Assembly (NCBI GenBank): GCA_951406725.2
Contig: OX597826.1
Coordinates: 62,372,001 to 62,436,000, forward strand
Reading direction: 5' to 3'
Length of the DNA stretch: 64,000 bases
Source of the DNA: Octopus vulgaris
Taxonomy: Eukaryota
In this document: piece by piece, positions 12,657-26,789 of the stretch
How the letters are laid out: every line of letters starts with the position of its first letter
How positions within the stretch are numbered: the first letter of the stretch is position 1
Notes under the pieces: generated by a model
The model's input: the letters and a program-made list of their open reading frames with translations, nothing else
The model's database searches: none
What the model was told of the DNA's origin: nothing
Position numbers and translations under genes: made by a program

Positions 12657-12956
12657 TATGGTAGATAAAAAAGACAACCGGAAAAGTTGTCTTTGAGAAA
12701 TATCCATCCAACCATGAAGCTCTCCGTCACCAATTCCACATCCCCCCATAACACGCTATCATTTTTATATTTATTTCAATTCTGCTGATTTTCGCTATAT
12801 TTTATTGGAAACTATATTTATGTGTGTGTATTTATGAGCGAGTGTGTGTGTGTGTGTGCATGTATATATATATATATATATATGTACACATAAATACACA
12901 CATATACACACACACATATATACATATACATACACACATATATATATACATACATG

Positions 12957-12996
<40 letters not shown>

Positions 12997-12999
<3 letters not shown>

Positions 13000-13404
13000 T
13001 CTTTTACTCTTGTACTTGTTTCAGTCATTTCACCGCGACCATGCTGGAGCACCGGTTTAGTCGAGCAAATCGACCCCAGGACTTATTCTTTGTGAGCGTA
13101 GTACTTATTCTGTCGGTCTATTTTGCCGAACCGCTAATTGACGGGGGACATAAACACACCAGCATCGGTTGCCAAGCAATGCTTGGGGGACAAACACTGA
13201 CACTAACATACACACACATATATATACATATACATATATACGACGGGCTTCTTTCAGTTTCCGTCGACCAAATCCACTCACAAGGCTTTGGTTGACCCGA
13301 GGCCATAGTAGAAGAAACTTGCCCAAGATGCCACGCAGTGGGACTGAACCCGGGACACTGTGGTTGGTAAGCAAGCTAGTTACCACACAGCCACTCCTGC
13401 GCCT
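12997..13404 (-). mobile_element. tRNA-derived SINE family A
   Basis: Head ggcgcaggagtggctgtgtggtaa...gggttcagtcccactgcgtggcaccttgggcaag, internal (TA/TG)n, tail ...gactgaaacaagtaaaagag. Many copies in the window. Confidence 0.9.
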
Positions 13405-13541
13405 ACAATAAGCATTCGCTGAAGAGTTTGATCGAACGAAACGAAAGCGTTAATAAAGAATTATTCACAATACTGACTGCTTCTTTTTTCTTAATATACA
13501 ATATCTGTACACCACTTCAAACACATTGTGTAGAAAGAGAT

Positions 13542-13603
<62 letters not shown>

Positions 13604-14610
13604 AGAGAGAGAGAGAGGGGGGAAGAAAGACAGAGATAGAGAGAGATAGACAGATACGGAAAGTGAAATAGATAAATGTATATAGATAAATGAAACATTG
13701 CGTGAAAGACACGTTTGCTTTGTTCTTCCGTAAAGATAAATTTAAAAAATAGGGGTAAAATTCTAATATAAATAGCATGAAATATGTAACAAATAATTAT
13801 TTAGCCTCTATTTGCTGGGGATATTATCGATGCATATACTGACAGGCAAACATGTAGACAGATATAGATAGATACACGCAGATACATTTACATCTGTAAA
13901 TGTATGCTTCTATGTATGTGTTCAAGTATATATGCGTGTATTTAATTGGTAATAACGAACCCAGTACCATGTCTTTATAATCCTATGGCTTATTGTTCTT
14001 TCTCATTGCTTAAGAGCCTCACATTTGGTTAGCGAAAAAAAAATCAATATGGATCACAAAGTAGAAAAATGTGTTAAACGTTGATGTAATAGGATGCGTC
14101 AATATCTTAGTAGGGACTGTTATTGATACCTGTCCTGTTATTGCATGTTCTCACACATTACAGCATTCTTCGATTGTACCGCCATACACGTGACTCTTGA
14201 AATACACGGTAAGATGTTGGCACCCATTATCCTAAAGAATGAAATCGCTGAACCTATTGAAGCCAATAACATGATGTTTGGTTTACCAACGTTACTATAC
14301 TGCAGGAAAGTAATATTCTTCTTTAAAACCGGAGATTTTATGTTTTCCTTCACTTAACCTTTTTTCATTTATTACAAATCCTGTTTCGGAATTATAGTGC
14401 TATATCCATTGAATCGTATTCTCCACTCCTTTATTTATCACTGCATATATGTTTTTTTAAAATTATTTTTTCTATTTAGCGTTCCCTGTTGTGATGCATT
14501 TGTCTCAAAAACGGTTTCCCTACTTGCTTGACCTGCACGAAATGCTAACCATTTGCTTTTTAGGTTATTTGGTGTAATAAAAATTGAGAGTTAGCGAGTC
14601 TATCTCTCTT

Positions 14611-14651
<41 letters not shown>

Positions 14652-14652
<1 letters not shown>

Positions 14653-15225
14653 TTAAATTAGAGATAAAACCACTATTAGGCAAATCATACAATGAAAAAC
14701 TTAAGCCAATACATAAAATTATTCAATTTATATTATTTAAATATATAACAAAATTATTAAAAAAATATAATTAATATAACACTACGATCGTTTCATGGCT
14801 GTTAATTTCTTTAAATTTTCGAGTTACAGTCATTCATCACGTGGTTTAAATATTTAACTTGGCGAGGTTTAATCATTGATTAAATTAGACTAAACAAGGA
14901 AACATTCTTCATTGAAAAATACAAGCCCAAACTTAACCATTCCAACATACTTATACAGAGAAACTCAATCCAAAAGAAAGGCAAACAATTTTAAGCGATT
15001 ATCTCCCTTACACCGGAAGAAATCACTTATTATCTAGATCACCACTCAACGTAAACATAATGATTTAAGAAATTTGAAAAGCTGAACGCGAAACCGGTCA
15101 TTTCTTCTATACTATGTCATTGTATGAAAAAAATTTATAACATTCTTCAGACATATTGACTCAAATATATATTTTTTAACCTTTTAAAACAAGCCTTCTG
15201 TAGTTTTTTTCACTTTTTACTATTT

Positions 15226-15230
<5 letters not shown>
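14652..15230. mobile_element. Back-to-back Penelope-like 3' ends (GIY-YIG C-terminus + pLTRs)
   Basis: + strand 14887-14937 encodes RLNKETFFIEKYKPKLN (GIY-YIG terminal E..I...P.LN motif). Minus-strand HHR at 14777-14846 and degenerate GAAACCGGUC at ~15090. Flanked by (TA)n and (CT)n. Confidence 0.65.
14777..14846 (-). ncRNA. Type I hammerhead motif, C3G variant
   Basis: AACCAC GUGAUGA AUGACUGUAA-loop-UUAACAGCCAU GAAAC GAUC GUA GUGUU. Long stem II, palindromic loop 3, GUA triplet, stem I CAC/GUG. Confidence 0.65.
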
Positions 15231-15257
<27 letters not shown>

Positions 15258-15509
15258 GTCTAGTTCTACGAACAAAAATGACCGAAGCTTATATTTGAAC
15301 AATTTGTTGAAATTGTTCTAGACATGCATCAATAACAACTGTGTACAACAGTGCACACATTCCTCATGACGTTAGATATGTATTCTAATACACACACACA
15401 CATAAACACACACACACACACAAACACACACATAAACACACACACACAAACACATTGAGGAAACGTATTGAGGTATTTCTTCCACCTCATTAGAATATTT
15501 ACCACTTTG

Positions 15510-15690
15510 CAAATGGTGTTGGTTTATTTAATGCTCATTAACTTAACGTTTAGGCAAAATACATAGATACAATAAATACCGAACTTGAAACTAAATCCTG
15601 GGGCTGATGTTTCCGACTAATCATTTCACGGTAGTGTTGACGTATCCCGGAATCGAATGATTAAAACAAGTAAACGATTAAAAGTTAAAA
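15510..15690 (+). mobile_element. Highly diverged 3' half of SINE family A
   Basis: atggtgttggtttattta...aaatcctggggctgatgtttccgactaa...aatgattaaaacaagtaaacg. Confidence 0.55.
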
Positions 15691-16821
15691 GACACTTTCC
15701 TGTGGCAAGTATACATTGATCTAATGCTTTGGATGCACTGATCTATAGCATTCTTTCCTTATCTATTTTTTAAGGCTGTACGGTGGGATTGTAGCAGTTG
15801 TGTGGATAATGACGAGCAGATAATCAGAGCGTAAGATAGACATGTATGAAGGAAGACATTTGCTTTAAACTTATCACTGATTATATATGTCTCAGCATAA
15901 TGTTGAGGGTTAATGAAATTATTGGAACTGTTTATTGTTGCTTTGTATGTGTGAATGACTATTTTCATTCCTTTAAACCTAGCTGTTGTGGTGTACTTCT
16001 TAGGTCTTTGTTATAGTGCAGCTCTAAGGTGTTGCAGTTCAGTGCGCATAACAGAATGTATATGAAAGGGTCATAAAATATGTTTTAGCATTTAAGAACT
16101 ATGCAACAAAACGTAGTCGAGAACAATTGGTCGCTTTTATAGCTGACCCGAAATAATTGACCTCAAATAATCAAATATATTGAAAATCATTGACCACCAC
16201 ATAATGTGAAATGTCCATACGTACATATAGACTTATATAGATACATACATGCATATATATACACACATACACACAAACATATATATATTTATATGAAACT
16301 TTACAAGCCGAAATTTGGAACTGATGTGTCCATTATTATGGTTTTTCTCTCTAAATTGATCGTAGATATGAGGCGCCGAATTGCAGAAATGTCTGTGACA
16401 TCGGGGATTCTATGGATGGATTCAAATATTTTGTGTGGCAGACAGGAAATATTAACGAAATTATTGGCTGGAACAATGTCTACAATATATAAACGTTTAC
16501 CGATTCCATAACTTATTTCAACATCCAGTAAATATTGATAAAGAAAATGCTTTGTTTATTTCAAAATAAAAACAATACCTACATACACATATATAAATAT
16601 ACACAAATTTTCACTCACATTCACAAACATAGAGACACAATCTCTTACACATTTGCATACGCAAATGCGCATAGATAAAGCATACATTTGTATAGATATT
16701 TAGGTATATCAATATATCAATACATCTATAGACAAATATGTCTATAATATACGTATGTATGTGTATATGTATGCATATCGATGCATTAGACATAATTCAC
16801 AAATACATATATATATAAAGG

Positions 16822-16906
<85 letters not shown>
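16822..16906. repeat. (GATA)n microsatellite
   Basis: Direct reading; similar tracts at ~33160, 48620-48755, 50365, 54350, 54800 and 58750. Confidence 0.95.
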
Positions 16907-17009
16907 GGATAGCAAATCAACTAGTTAGAAAATCTCGATAAGAGATGAAAGCATTTTCTGTATTAAGTAGTAAATGTTTATCGCCACTTCAACATAGCTG
17001 TTTCGTTGG

Positions 17010-17713
17010 AATTGACGTTACAATTTAACCCCCAGGGGATGCCGCTTCCCGCTGGTTTTTTGATGCAATCTGCACCCGAGATTTATTGCAAGTCGGCGAG
17101 CAAACTCCTACCATCCTCAAAAAACGGGACCACCAGACCGTAGTTTCGTGCTCCTTCTTTGTGCTCTTCCTCGGGGATGGATACCTGTCCGCTAGAGATA
17201 GCAGTAGTTAAATCCAGATCGCAATATTTAGAAGATAAACGGCGACTTGCCAGTGATCTTGCAACAAGCAAATTAGGGAGTTCGAATATCTCTATAGGAG
17301 ATGAAACTATACTGAGAATTAATGTCTATCACCATTTCAACATGGTTGTTCCGTAGATCCTGACGTTGTTCCGTAGATACTAACCCCAGAAGGACATCAC
17401 TTCTCAGTATAGTTACTATTTTCATCTCTCATACGGATGAGCACAAAGAGCTAAGTTACGAGGATGCAGACACGCCAACACCGGTTTTAAAAACAGTGCC
17501 GGGGACAAATACAGACTCAAAGATACACAAATATGTATATATATGTATATATATATATAGGACAGGCTTCTTTCAGCTGCTGTGTACCGAATCTGCTCAC
17601 AAGGTATTGGTCGGCCTGAGGATATAGTAGAAGACACTTGCCTAAGGTGCCATGCAATGGAACGGAACCCGGAACCATGTGGTTAGGAACCAAACTTCTT
17701 ACCACACAGCTAC
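17010..17713 (-). mobile_element. SINE family A 5' half (17450-17713) joined to an unrelated GC-richer segment
   Basis: SINE-A homology stops at gctaagttacg (~17450); 17010-17450 replaces the usual tail. Confidence 0.6.
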
Positions 17714-18117
17714 GGCAACAATATTTCTCAATTTAGAAGATCATTCTTTGCTTCTTTTTAAAAAATATCAATAAGCTAAGTGAAAATATCTAGAATACCT
17801 TAAGATGGAAACATACGGAAAAAACGAAACCCTAAAGTATTTGAGCACCTTAACCCCCAAGGTGTGCATAGCGTGCATTAGAAAACCACTTACCAAAATA
17901 AGGGCCCAGAGGTAAGAAATATGAGTAAGTAGTACAGAGCCCACAAAAACATTGGTGGAATATTTTTCAGAATGTTTGAGTGCGTTTAGAAGATTCTCAA
18001 TGTAATCTATTCATGACACAGGAGATAAATAAAAGGTGGACAATCATTTACAATGATGTATTCATATTTACATACAAACACACACACACACACACATATA
18101 TGTATATATATATATAT

Positions 18118-18337
18118 ATTTCTTTACTACCCACAAGGGGCTAAACATAGAGGGGACAAACAAGGACAGACAAAGGGATTAAGTCGATTACATCGACCCC
18201 AGTGCGAAACTGGTACTTAATTTATCGACCCCGAAAGGATGAAAGGCAAAGTCGACCTCGGCGGAATTTGAACTCAGAACGTAACGGCAGACGAAATACG
18301 GCTACGCATTTCGCCCGGTGTGCTAACGTGTCTGCCA
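18118..18337 (-). mobile_element. tRNA-derived SINE family B
   Basis: ggcagacacgttagcacaccgggcgaaatg...gagttcaaattccgccgaggtcgactttgcctttcatcctttcggggtcgataaattaagtaccag. Confidence 0.88.
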
Positions 18338-18689
18338 TATATATATATGTATCCAAATGTGTGTGCGTGGGAGGGGTGCGCGCGCGAGTTTGTGTGTCTT
18401 TCTGAATGAGAAAATGATATTAAGTAATTACTTTTCACTAACATATTTTGTCATTTCGTTATCAGCTATCCTAATTCGTATCACACATAAGCAGTTCTCG
18501 TTTAAGAAAATATTTTTGTCGCATACTATTCAAATTTAATCATATCATTTTAACATATTTTTTTTCTTTCTATTCCCACGAGAGTTAATCAGATAGCAGT
18601 GAATCCGTTGCTATTTATCACTAATGCACGCAATAAACGTAATGAAAATATACATATGTCATCTAAATTTATATGTGAGCTTTCAGTTT

Positions 18690-18735
<46 letters not shown>

Positions 18736-18800
18736 CATATATATATATATATGTATGCATATGTATGCATACGTATAAGCATGTATACATCAGTATAAGC

Positions 18801-18841
<41 letters not shown>

Positions 18842-18893
18842 CACCTATGCATGTATATATATAGGGTCTCATGCATGTATATACATATATATT

Positions 18894-18932
<39 letters not shown>

Positions 18933-20080
18933 TATGTATGTATATGGATTATGTATGCTTTACTATGTATATTACATAGTAAACCTGAATATATTACATA
19001 TTATGACAGTCTGTTTGATAACTTGTAGTTGCCATCTCTACATTAAGCGACTTCTTTCTGGTTCTGTAAAACTTATCTCTGCAAGATTCTTGCTGAGGTT
19101 TCTAGTCACGCGCCTATGTGCTTTACTAATTATAGGTTAACATCTAACATTATAGTCCGGATAGAATAACTGCAAATTTCTTATCAATTCAGTATAGATG
19201 TTTTATTTTGCATTGTTTGCAATATTTTGTTGACACTCTTGAGCAAAAGATTTCAACTACGTTGCATAATTTTTTCTGTCGCTTATATTTGCAATTCATT
19301 GAAGTCTGTTATTGAAACTATAGGTAAGTGTTCCTTCATATTGTGCTTGTTTATACTCCCTTTTGATTGTATCCTGAGTATCATGTTGGAGTATACTCCC
19401 TTATGATTGCATCCTCAATATTATCATATCTACGGATCTCATTGCATGCTGCTCGACGCACAACGCCATGTAGGACACGTGTAATTATTTTCATAAAGGA
19501 CATTTTCTCCAATTATGAGGGTAACATTCTCTACATTTATTCCACAGAGTGTGTAACGATTAAGGCAAGCCAATGAAGATACTACTGGTTGTGAATAAAG
19601 TAATGATAATCAAAAACGGAAAATAAATGATTGAGCAAAGGAATTTTGCGAGGAAATGTTAGAGGACAATATAGAAGAAACATAGGACTGGATAACAAAA
19701 TTCAGAATGACAGTGAATGAAAGTGGACAATAAGATGATAAAGTAATAATAATCGGGACTGTTGGTGAGAAGGAGAATACTGAAAAGTTAGAGCGATCAA
19801 GTGGAGGTTAAATGGTTAAGCTCGAAGAGTCTGTGTAGATATAAGAAGAGAAAACTGAAACGTTGACTTGTATCGGTTGACAGGAAGATATGTATGGAGT
19901 GAGGTTTGAAATCTAGACGTTCCCGTTGAGGAGAAAGAGTTGATATGCTATACACAATTTCTTTGGTTTATTATGTATTCCTGTCAATTTTGGGAAAGTA
20001 CTAATATATCTTCGTGACTTATCTAATTTAATAATAATAATAATGATATTAATAATAATAATAATTATTATTATTATTAT

Positions 20081-20655
20081 CTCTAGCTGCCCAGTCCTGG
20101 CTAAGAAGGAATATATTCACAGACATGACAGAGTTGGAACCTACATACATTGGAAGCTATGCCAACATTATGGAATAACAACGAGAAAGCAACCATACTC
20201 TGGGATATGCCGATACACACAGATAGAGAAATTAAGGCCAACAGACCAGATATAGTTGTCAGAGATCATGAAGGAAAAAAATGCTTTCTAATTGATGTAT
20301 CAATACCGGCAGATGACAACGTGTCTCTAAAAGAAATGGAGAGACTCTCAAAATACAAACACCTGGAAATAGAGGTAACCAGAATGTGGAATCTAAAAAC
20401 AGAAACAATTCCTATCATATTAGGTGCATTAGGCATGATAAAAAAAATATTCAGACAAATACATAACAAAAACACCAGGACTTACAAACACATATAACAT
20501 ACAGAAAATTGTACTACTAAGCACTGCACACATCCTACGCAGAACACTTTCCATACAATAACCATCAGAGCATCACAACAAATCACAGCACATACCCAAG
20601 GCACACAGAGCTGTGCTCGGTAGTGAAGTGAAAGTACGCTATAAAAATAAAACTA

Positions 20656-20660
<5 letters not shown>
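20081..20660 (+). mobile_element. R4/Dong-clade retrotransposon 3' fragment (restriction-like endonuclease) inserted in (TAA)n
   Basis: SSCPVLAKKEYIHRHDRVGTYIHWKLC; ILWDMPIHTDREIKANRPDIVVRD...LIDVSIP...SKY...IPIILGALG. (TAA)n on both sides. Confidence 0.9.
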
Positions 20661-20689
<29 letters not shown>

Positions 20690-20701
20690 TTAATAATAAT
20701 G

Positions 20702-20778
<77 letters not shown>

Positions 20779-20788
20779 AATATTAATA

Positions 20789-20823
<35 letters not shown>

Positions 20824-20826
20824 AAT

Positions 20827-20860
<34 letters not shown>

Positions 20861-20967
20861 TTAATAATAATGATAATAATAATAATAATAATAATATTAA
20901 TAATAATGATAATAATAATAATAATAATAATATTATTAATAATAATAATAATGATAATAATAATAAT

Positions 20968-21010
<43 letters not shown>

Positions 21011-21032
21011 CGCAGTAGCAGTAGTAGTAGTA
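20661..21032. repeat. (TAA)n grading into (TAG)n microsatellite
   Basis: Direct reading. Confidence 0.95.
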
Positions 21033-21166
21033 ATGGTCATGATGATGCTGTTGAAGATGTTATCGTTAATTAGAACTATTTAGACACGATTAAAATCATT
21101 AGTTAAATTAAATTTGAAATGGAACTTAAAAGATCTATACGGATTATTGTAATTTGAAATTCGTTT

Positions 21167-21555
21167 TCTTTTATTCTTTTATTCTTTTAACTGCTTCAGT
21201 CACCTGACTGCGGCCATGCTGGAGCACCGCCTTTAGTCGAACAAATCGACCCCAGGACTTATTCTTTGTAAGCCTAGTACTTATTCTATCGGTCTCTTTT
21301 AACCGCTAAGTTACGGGCGTCATAAAGCCACCAGCATCGGTTGTTAAGCGATATTAGGGAGACAAACACACACACACACACACACACATATATGTATATA
21401 TATATATATATACGACGGGCTTCTTTCAGTTTCCGTCAACCAAATCCACTCACAAGGCTTGGGTCGGCCCGAGGCTATAGTAGAAGACACCTGCCCAAGG
21501 TGCCATGCAGTGGGACTGAACCTTGAACCATGTACACACAGCCACTCTTGTGCCT
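21167..21555 (-). mobile_element. SINE family A
   Basis: Same sequence as 12997-13404, with a deletion in the head. Confidence 0.88.
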
Positions 21556-22802
21556 ATTATATAATTTGAAATACATAATGTAATGTGAAATACAGAAAAT
21601 TATTTTAAGTGAAAAATTATTTAGTACGGTTGTACTGAGAGCTAAGAACTGACAGTATATGTAAAATATGGAAGGACATTCAGGAAACAAATTACGGTTA
21701 ATTATAATATATATGTTGAAACTGAAAGAGATAAGGCTGCGGTGGCTACCAACTGTGATATAAAGATGAAAGTGGATTCAAAGTAGAGAAAAGCGATAGA
21801 AGAGTAATAAGAATGTTCATAGTACCGGAAAAAATCATATAATCCTTGTATAAAATAGATAAAATGTTACGCTGCATAGGGGAGAAGGAGGTTATAAGCT
21901 TGTACATCTATATTTATAACATGTTGAGCAAGGCAGAAATAGAAAAGAACTACAAACACAGCACCGGATATAAAATATAATGGATCTCTGCGATATACTA
22001 TTATGTTGGGGTTGGAATTCAGGTTTGTTATCTCGGTTCAAAAATTTTATAATTGATAGAAAGCTCTTCGGTTTGCCCAGATTTAATCTTGAATTCCTCC
22101 ATCTTTACTGTTATCTTTTTGCAGTAAATGGTCCTGTGCTAGTGAATATATTTTGTTCACGCAATGCTGGAAGTTTCTCTCTTTAGGATATCAAATATCC
22201 CTTGACAATGTAGTAGTTTTAACACATCAGTTATATCTGAAAGAGGATGTTTCTTTTTTACTGAACCAGATCATAAGACAGAGGAGACCCAGTGTATGTA
22301 TACTAGATATGGTTGTATGTATATTAGATTGATACAGTATCTAATATATCAATTAGCTGGAGATTAAAGAACAATGTTCCTGAGTATATATTTAAACATT
22401 TGTTTTTAAACATGATCAACATAGAGGATCAACTTTTCATTATTATTTCACCATTGGTTACATATGTGTGAGAGAAAGAGAGGGAGAGAGAGAAATAAAG
22501 AAAGAGAGACAGGGAATGAAAGAAAGAGAAAGAGGGAAAAAGCGGGAGAGAGAGTGTGTGTATGTATATGCACACCCATATTCGTAGATATATATGAGTT
22601 TAAAGCTATATAGTACGAGATCACATACTCAGATAATTTTGTATTTAACGCTGTTTTATTACTATTGAATTTTTGGTGCTTAACTCCCCCTATATTTATA
22701 TGTATGTGTATATATTGTCTGTGTGTATCTATGAGGCGTATATTTGTACATAATAAACCAGACACACAAACACACACGCACACAAAAACAAGCATCACAT
22801 AT

Positions 22803-22954
22803 AGGCACAGGCGTTGGTGGGTGTGTTATAAGAAACTTGGGTCCCAACCACATGGTTCCCGGTTAAGTCACACTGCGTAAAACCTTGGGCAACCTCGGGC
22901 CGACAAAATCCCTGTGAATCGATTTGGTAGAGAGAAACTGTAAGAATCCTGTCT

Positions 22955-23021
<67 letters not shown>

Positions 23022-23210
23022 TATTTGTCTGTGTTTATCCCTCCACCATCGCTTGACAACCGATATTGGTGTGTTTACCTGACTGTCTCTTATCACTTCG
23101 GCACAAAGTACTAGGCTTACAAGGAATAAGTCCTGGAGTCGATTTGTCCGACGAAAGTCGGTGCTCGAGCATGGCCATAGTCAAATGACTAAAACAAGTA
23201 AAAGAATAAA
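22803..23210 (+). mobile_element. SINE family A (diverged)
   Basis: Head, internal (TA)n and tail are all recognisable. Confidence 0.8.
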
Positions 23211-23399
23211 TATCATCCTTAATGACAAAACATCAATCAGAAGTAATAGATGTACCTTTTCTTTGCACACAAATAAAATAGCCTGAATTTTATTTTTGTA
23301 AGAAAATGAAATAAAATTTTTTTTTTCTTAAAATGTCAATGGCTGTATGGCACTGGTGATTTTCGTTCATTCACTCTCTCCTCCCTCCCTTTACTTCTG

Positions 23400-23464
<65 letters not shown>

Positions 23465-23580
23465 AGAGAAAGAGAGAGAGAAATAAATATATATAGATAA
23501 AAAAATTAAGGACTGTGTGATATATATATATATATATGTATGTATATAGGTACGCATGTATGTATGTATATATATGTATA

Positions 23581-23634
<54 letters not shown>

Positions 23635-23663
23635 GGTCTATGTGTAAATAAGCATAAGCATAT

Positions 23664-23721
<58 letters not shown>

Positions 23722-24508
23722 TTAGAAACTTAACATCATACATACGCACACTAATGCTTACATACACAGAGAGATATATGCATATACACATACGTATACA
23801 CACGTGTGCATGTACACTGACGCACACAAATACATACAGAATCCTAGATACACACACACACACCCAAATATATTTGTTTTATTTTTCACCCAGACCATCA
23901 GGTTTTGAAGAATGCTATAACAACGAGATCCTTCATTGACAAAGGTGACAGGCGATGCGTCAGTTGCTTTTTAAAATGTTCCATAAACAACTAAAATATT
24001 TAATTCAATGAAGCGAAGCAATCAAGCAGGCATCCAACCAAACTCCTCATTGTATTCTGGGGATGGAACCATAACAAATTTCCTATCCAATATTTATATG
24101 CGCCATGTTGTAGCCCTTTGAACATCCTTCGCCTGTTTTATAAGGTTATTTTTCATGGATGCCAGTGGATCTGTTGTTTAGTAACCAAATGAACACACGA
24201 AGTAAACATTTCAACTCAGCGTGGTAATGTTTGTGACGTCAGCTATTTTTCTCTTTGAAGATTATATACGCATGATATTAAAGTATATATCCACCATTGT
24301 ATATACGCGCCGCTATAGATATGTCATTTTTTTTATTCCACATATTTCTCATTCTGTTTCTTTCTTTCCTGTCCGCTACCTCAACCACACGTTCTCTCTT
24401 CCTCTTCACCTGATATATTTATGCATATAAATATATGAGAATGCATGTCTATCGAAATATATATGTGTATGTTTGTACATTCATACACACACATATGCAC
24501 ATATGTAA

Positions 24509-24566
<58 letters not shown>

Positions 24567-24588
24567 TGTACGTATGTAGGCATATATT

Positions 24589-25867
24589 CAGAGTGTGGTG
24601 AATAAATTGCCGTCTAAATTACTGAAAAAAAAATAACAATGACATCTCATTTTAACATATATATTTACCAAAGTTACATTAAAATATATTGGAAACCTAA
24701 AGAATAAATGCATTTAATAAAATCCCCATTGGTTTCAACCACGGCCTCCAGGCGACTTCGGAATCTCCTGCAACTCTTCTGGCTGGTCTCCTTGTTTGAA
24801 CTGGTGAATGCTGCCATAATCCTTGCCTTCAGTTCTTCTTTGGTGTTACAAGTAGTTTTGTTGATCTCTCACTCAACTGCACCCTACACATAATAATCAA
24901 GAGAGTTGCAGTCTGAGGAGTTAGGTGGCTAGATGTTAAGAATGATGGCATCGCAGAAATTGTTTGTCAGCCATTGTCCTCCTAAATGTGTGGCATGGTA
25001 CAGAGTCCTGTTATCAGACATAGAGCCTTCCAGCAACTGCTCTCTTGACGTAGGGTAGCTCTAACTCCTCTAGGCCCTTGACGTACGCCTCTGTGTTGGG
25101 TCTGAGACCGTGTAGGAAGATGAATGGAGGCATAACGTCGCCATCACTAGCAATCACTCCAAATACCATGATGTTAGCTGGACGTTTGATTTTTATCCTT
25201 CTCGGTACATGTTTTGGGAACACTGCAAACCAAGGGTTGTTCTGTGTGTTGACCAGAAAGTTTTCTCCACTGAGAAAACCCAAAGCATGTTCAGTTGCAG
25301 GGAATACTTGACTTTATTCAAAAGCTTCGTCGCGCGGTCTCTCCTCTTATCTTTGATGGCCTGGGATAAAAATTGGCTCTTTCTTATTGTGTACGAGGGA
25401 TATTGAATGCATCCATGCACTACCTGCCTGATAACAAACTCATGCGCTCCCATGTCGTTGGCGATGGTCCTGATGTATTTGAAGAGATCATTATCAATTA
25501 TGGTCTGAATCTCACCAAAAATTCAAGAATTTTTTTCTTATCAGAACGATCACAGTGAGTTTTCCGAGGTGCTGTACCTTCGTCATCACTATTAGCTTCA
25601 CGCAACTCTTTCGAATTCTTTGCACCGTCCTCAGATTGACACGTAAACACTCTGAAATGTTTGTATTGTAGCTTCCGGCGCGAATGCCAAGTGGTGCAGC
25701 ATGTCGTTTCCAAATTTCTGGCATAATTATTCACGTCATCACGCTGTTTTTCGCACAGACGATGCCCAACTGACCCTACTATACTGTATAGTCGAAAAAA
25801 ATCAAAAACAAACACTACGTATGTGCGAAATAAAAATATATAAAATATCACGAAATTTACCCACCTG
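24589..25867 (-). mobile_element. Decayed Tc1/mariner transposon, maT (DD37D)-like
   Basis: NIMVFGVIASDGDVMPPFIF...QDSVPCHT...PPNSSDCNSLDYYV*GAVE...RSRLEAVVETNGDFIK. Third catalytic residue is D. Imperfect TIRs cagagtgtggtgaataaatt / aatttacccacctg|ta. Confidence 0.85.
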
Positions 25868-26389
25868 TATATACATATATATATATATATACTTCCATAC
25901 ACACACACTACCAATTCCTCTGTGTGTGTGTGTGTGTTTGTGTGTTGTGTGTGTGTGTATGTAAATAAACACAGAGTGAGAGAGAGAGACAAAGATGTTT
26001 CGAAATGCGATCGAAATCCAATATTGAAATAGAAATGGCACTTAGAATTGAAATACCATTCATATATACATTTAACCATTTACATTTATTCATGATATGG
26101 CATCATACGCATAAACATATGCATGCATGTATGCATCTACGTTTTTGTGAGTGAAACTGTATATAACAAACACATACATTATATATATATAAAATATACA
26201 GTTGCATGCTTTATTAGATATTACATCAACACTACTGATCACAGATCTCTGTCCCTTGTGTGTATTTCGGCTTTCGGTTTTTGTATTGTGTGTTTGACGT
26301 AACTCTTGCGTAGTGCCTGTTTGTTGCATTTTCTGTTCATCATGTAGAAGAGAGGGGACATTCAACGTAACAATCTGTTTAAGTGTCCA

Positions 26390-26700
26390 ACTGTGTTATT
26401 TACTGCTTGATGCGCAAATTCGTATGTTGTAGTGCTTTGGCAAAGCATTCTTATCCTAAGTGCTTCAATAATTACTAAGGCACCCATTGTTGTAAATAAT
26501 GTTTCTGCTTTCCGTTGTCATGCGCTAGTTATCTCCGTTTCCAGATTTTTATATTTGCATAGATTTTGCATTTATTCTAAAGATATGGTATCTTGTGTTT
26601 GGACTACTACGTCGATCAGAAAACGCTGGTACTCTCCCACAAGAACGTATGGTCGCTTAGACCTCACTATTTTATCTATAGAGATTTACATATCTCACAC
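26390..26700 (-). mobile_element. Decayed R4/Dong-like RLE fragment
   Basis: DKIVRSKRPYVLV...FLIDVVV...KYKNLETEI...TMGAL parallels the RLE at 20150-20497. Confidence 0.55.
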
Positions 26701-26789
26701 TTTCTATTTTCTTTCTATTCTCTCTCTCCCACCCCTCTCTCACTCTCTCCATCTTTTTCTCCCTCACTCTCTCTTTCTCAGTGCGACTG

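Noticed and set aside
14138-14357. Overlapping ~70-aa ORFs in unique-looking sequence as a possible host exon
   Set aside because: No recognisable domain or convincing splice context; needs RNA-seq.
21740-22320. Possible L1/Tx1 RT relics (also ~57600-58100 and 61740-62150)
   Set aside because: Too decayed to call by eye; needs a frameshift-aware profile search.
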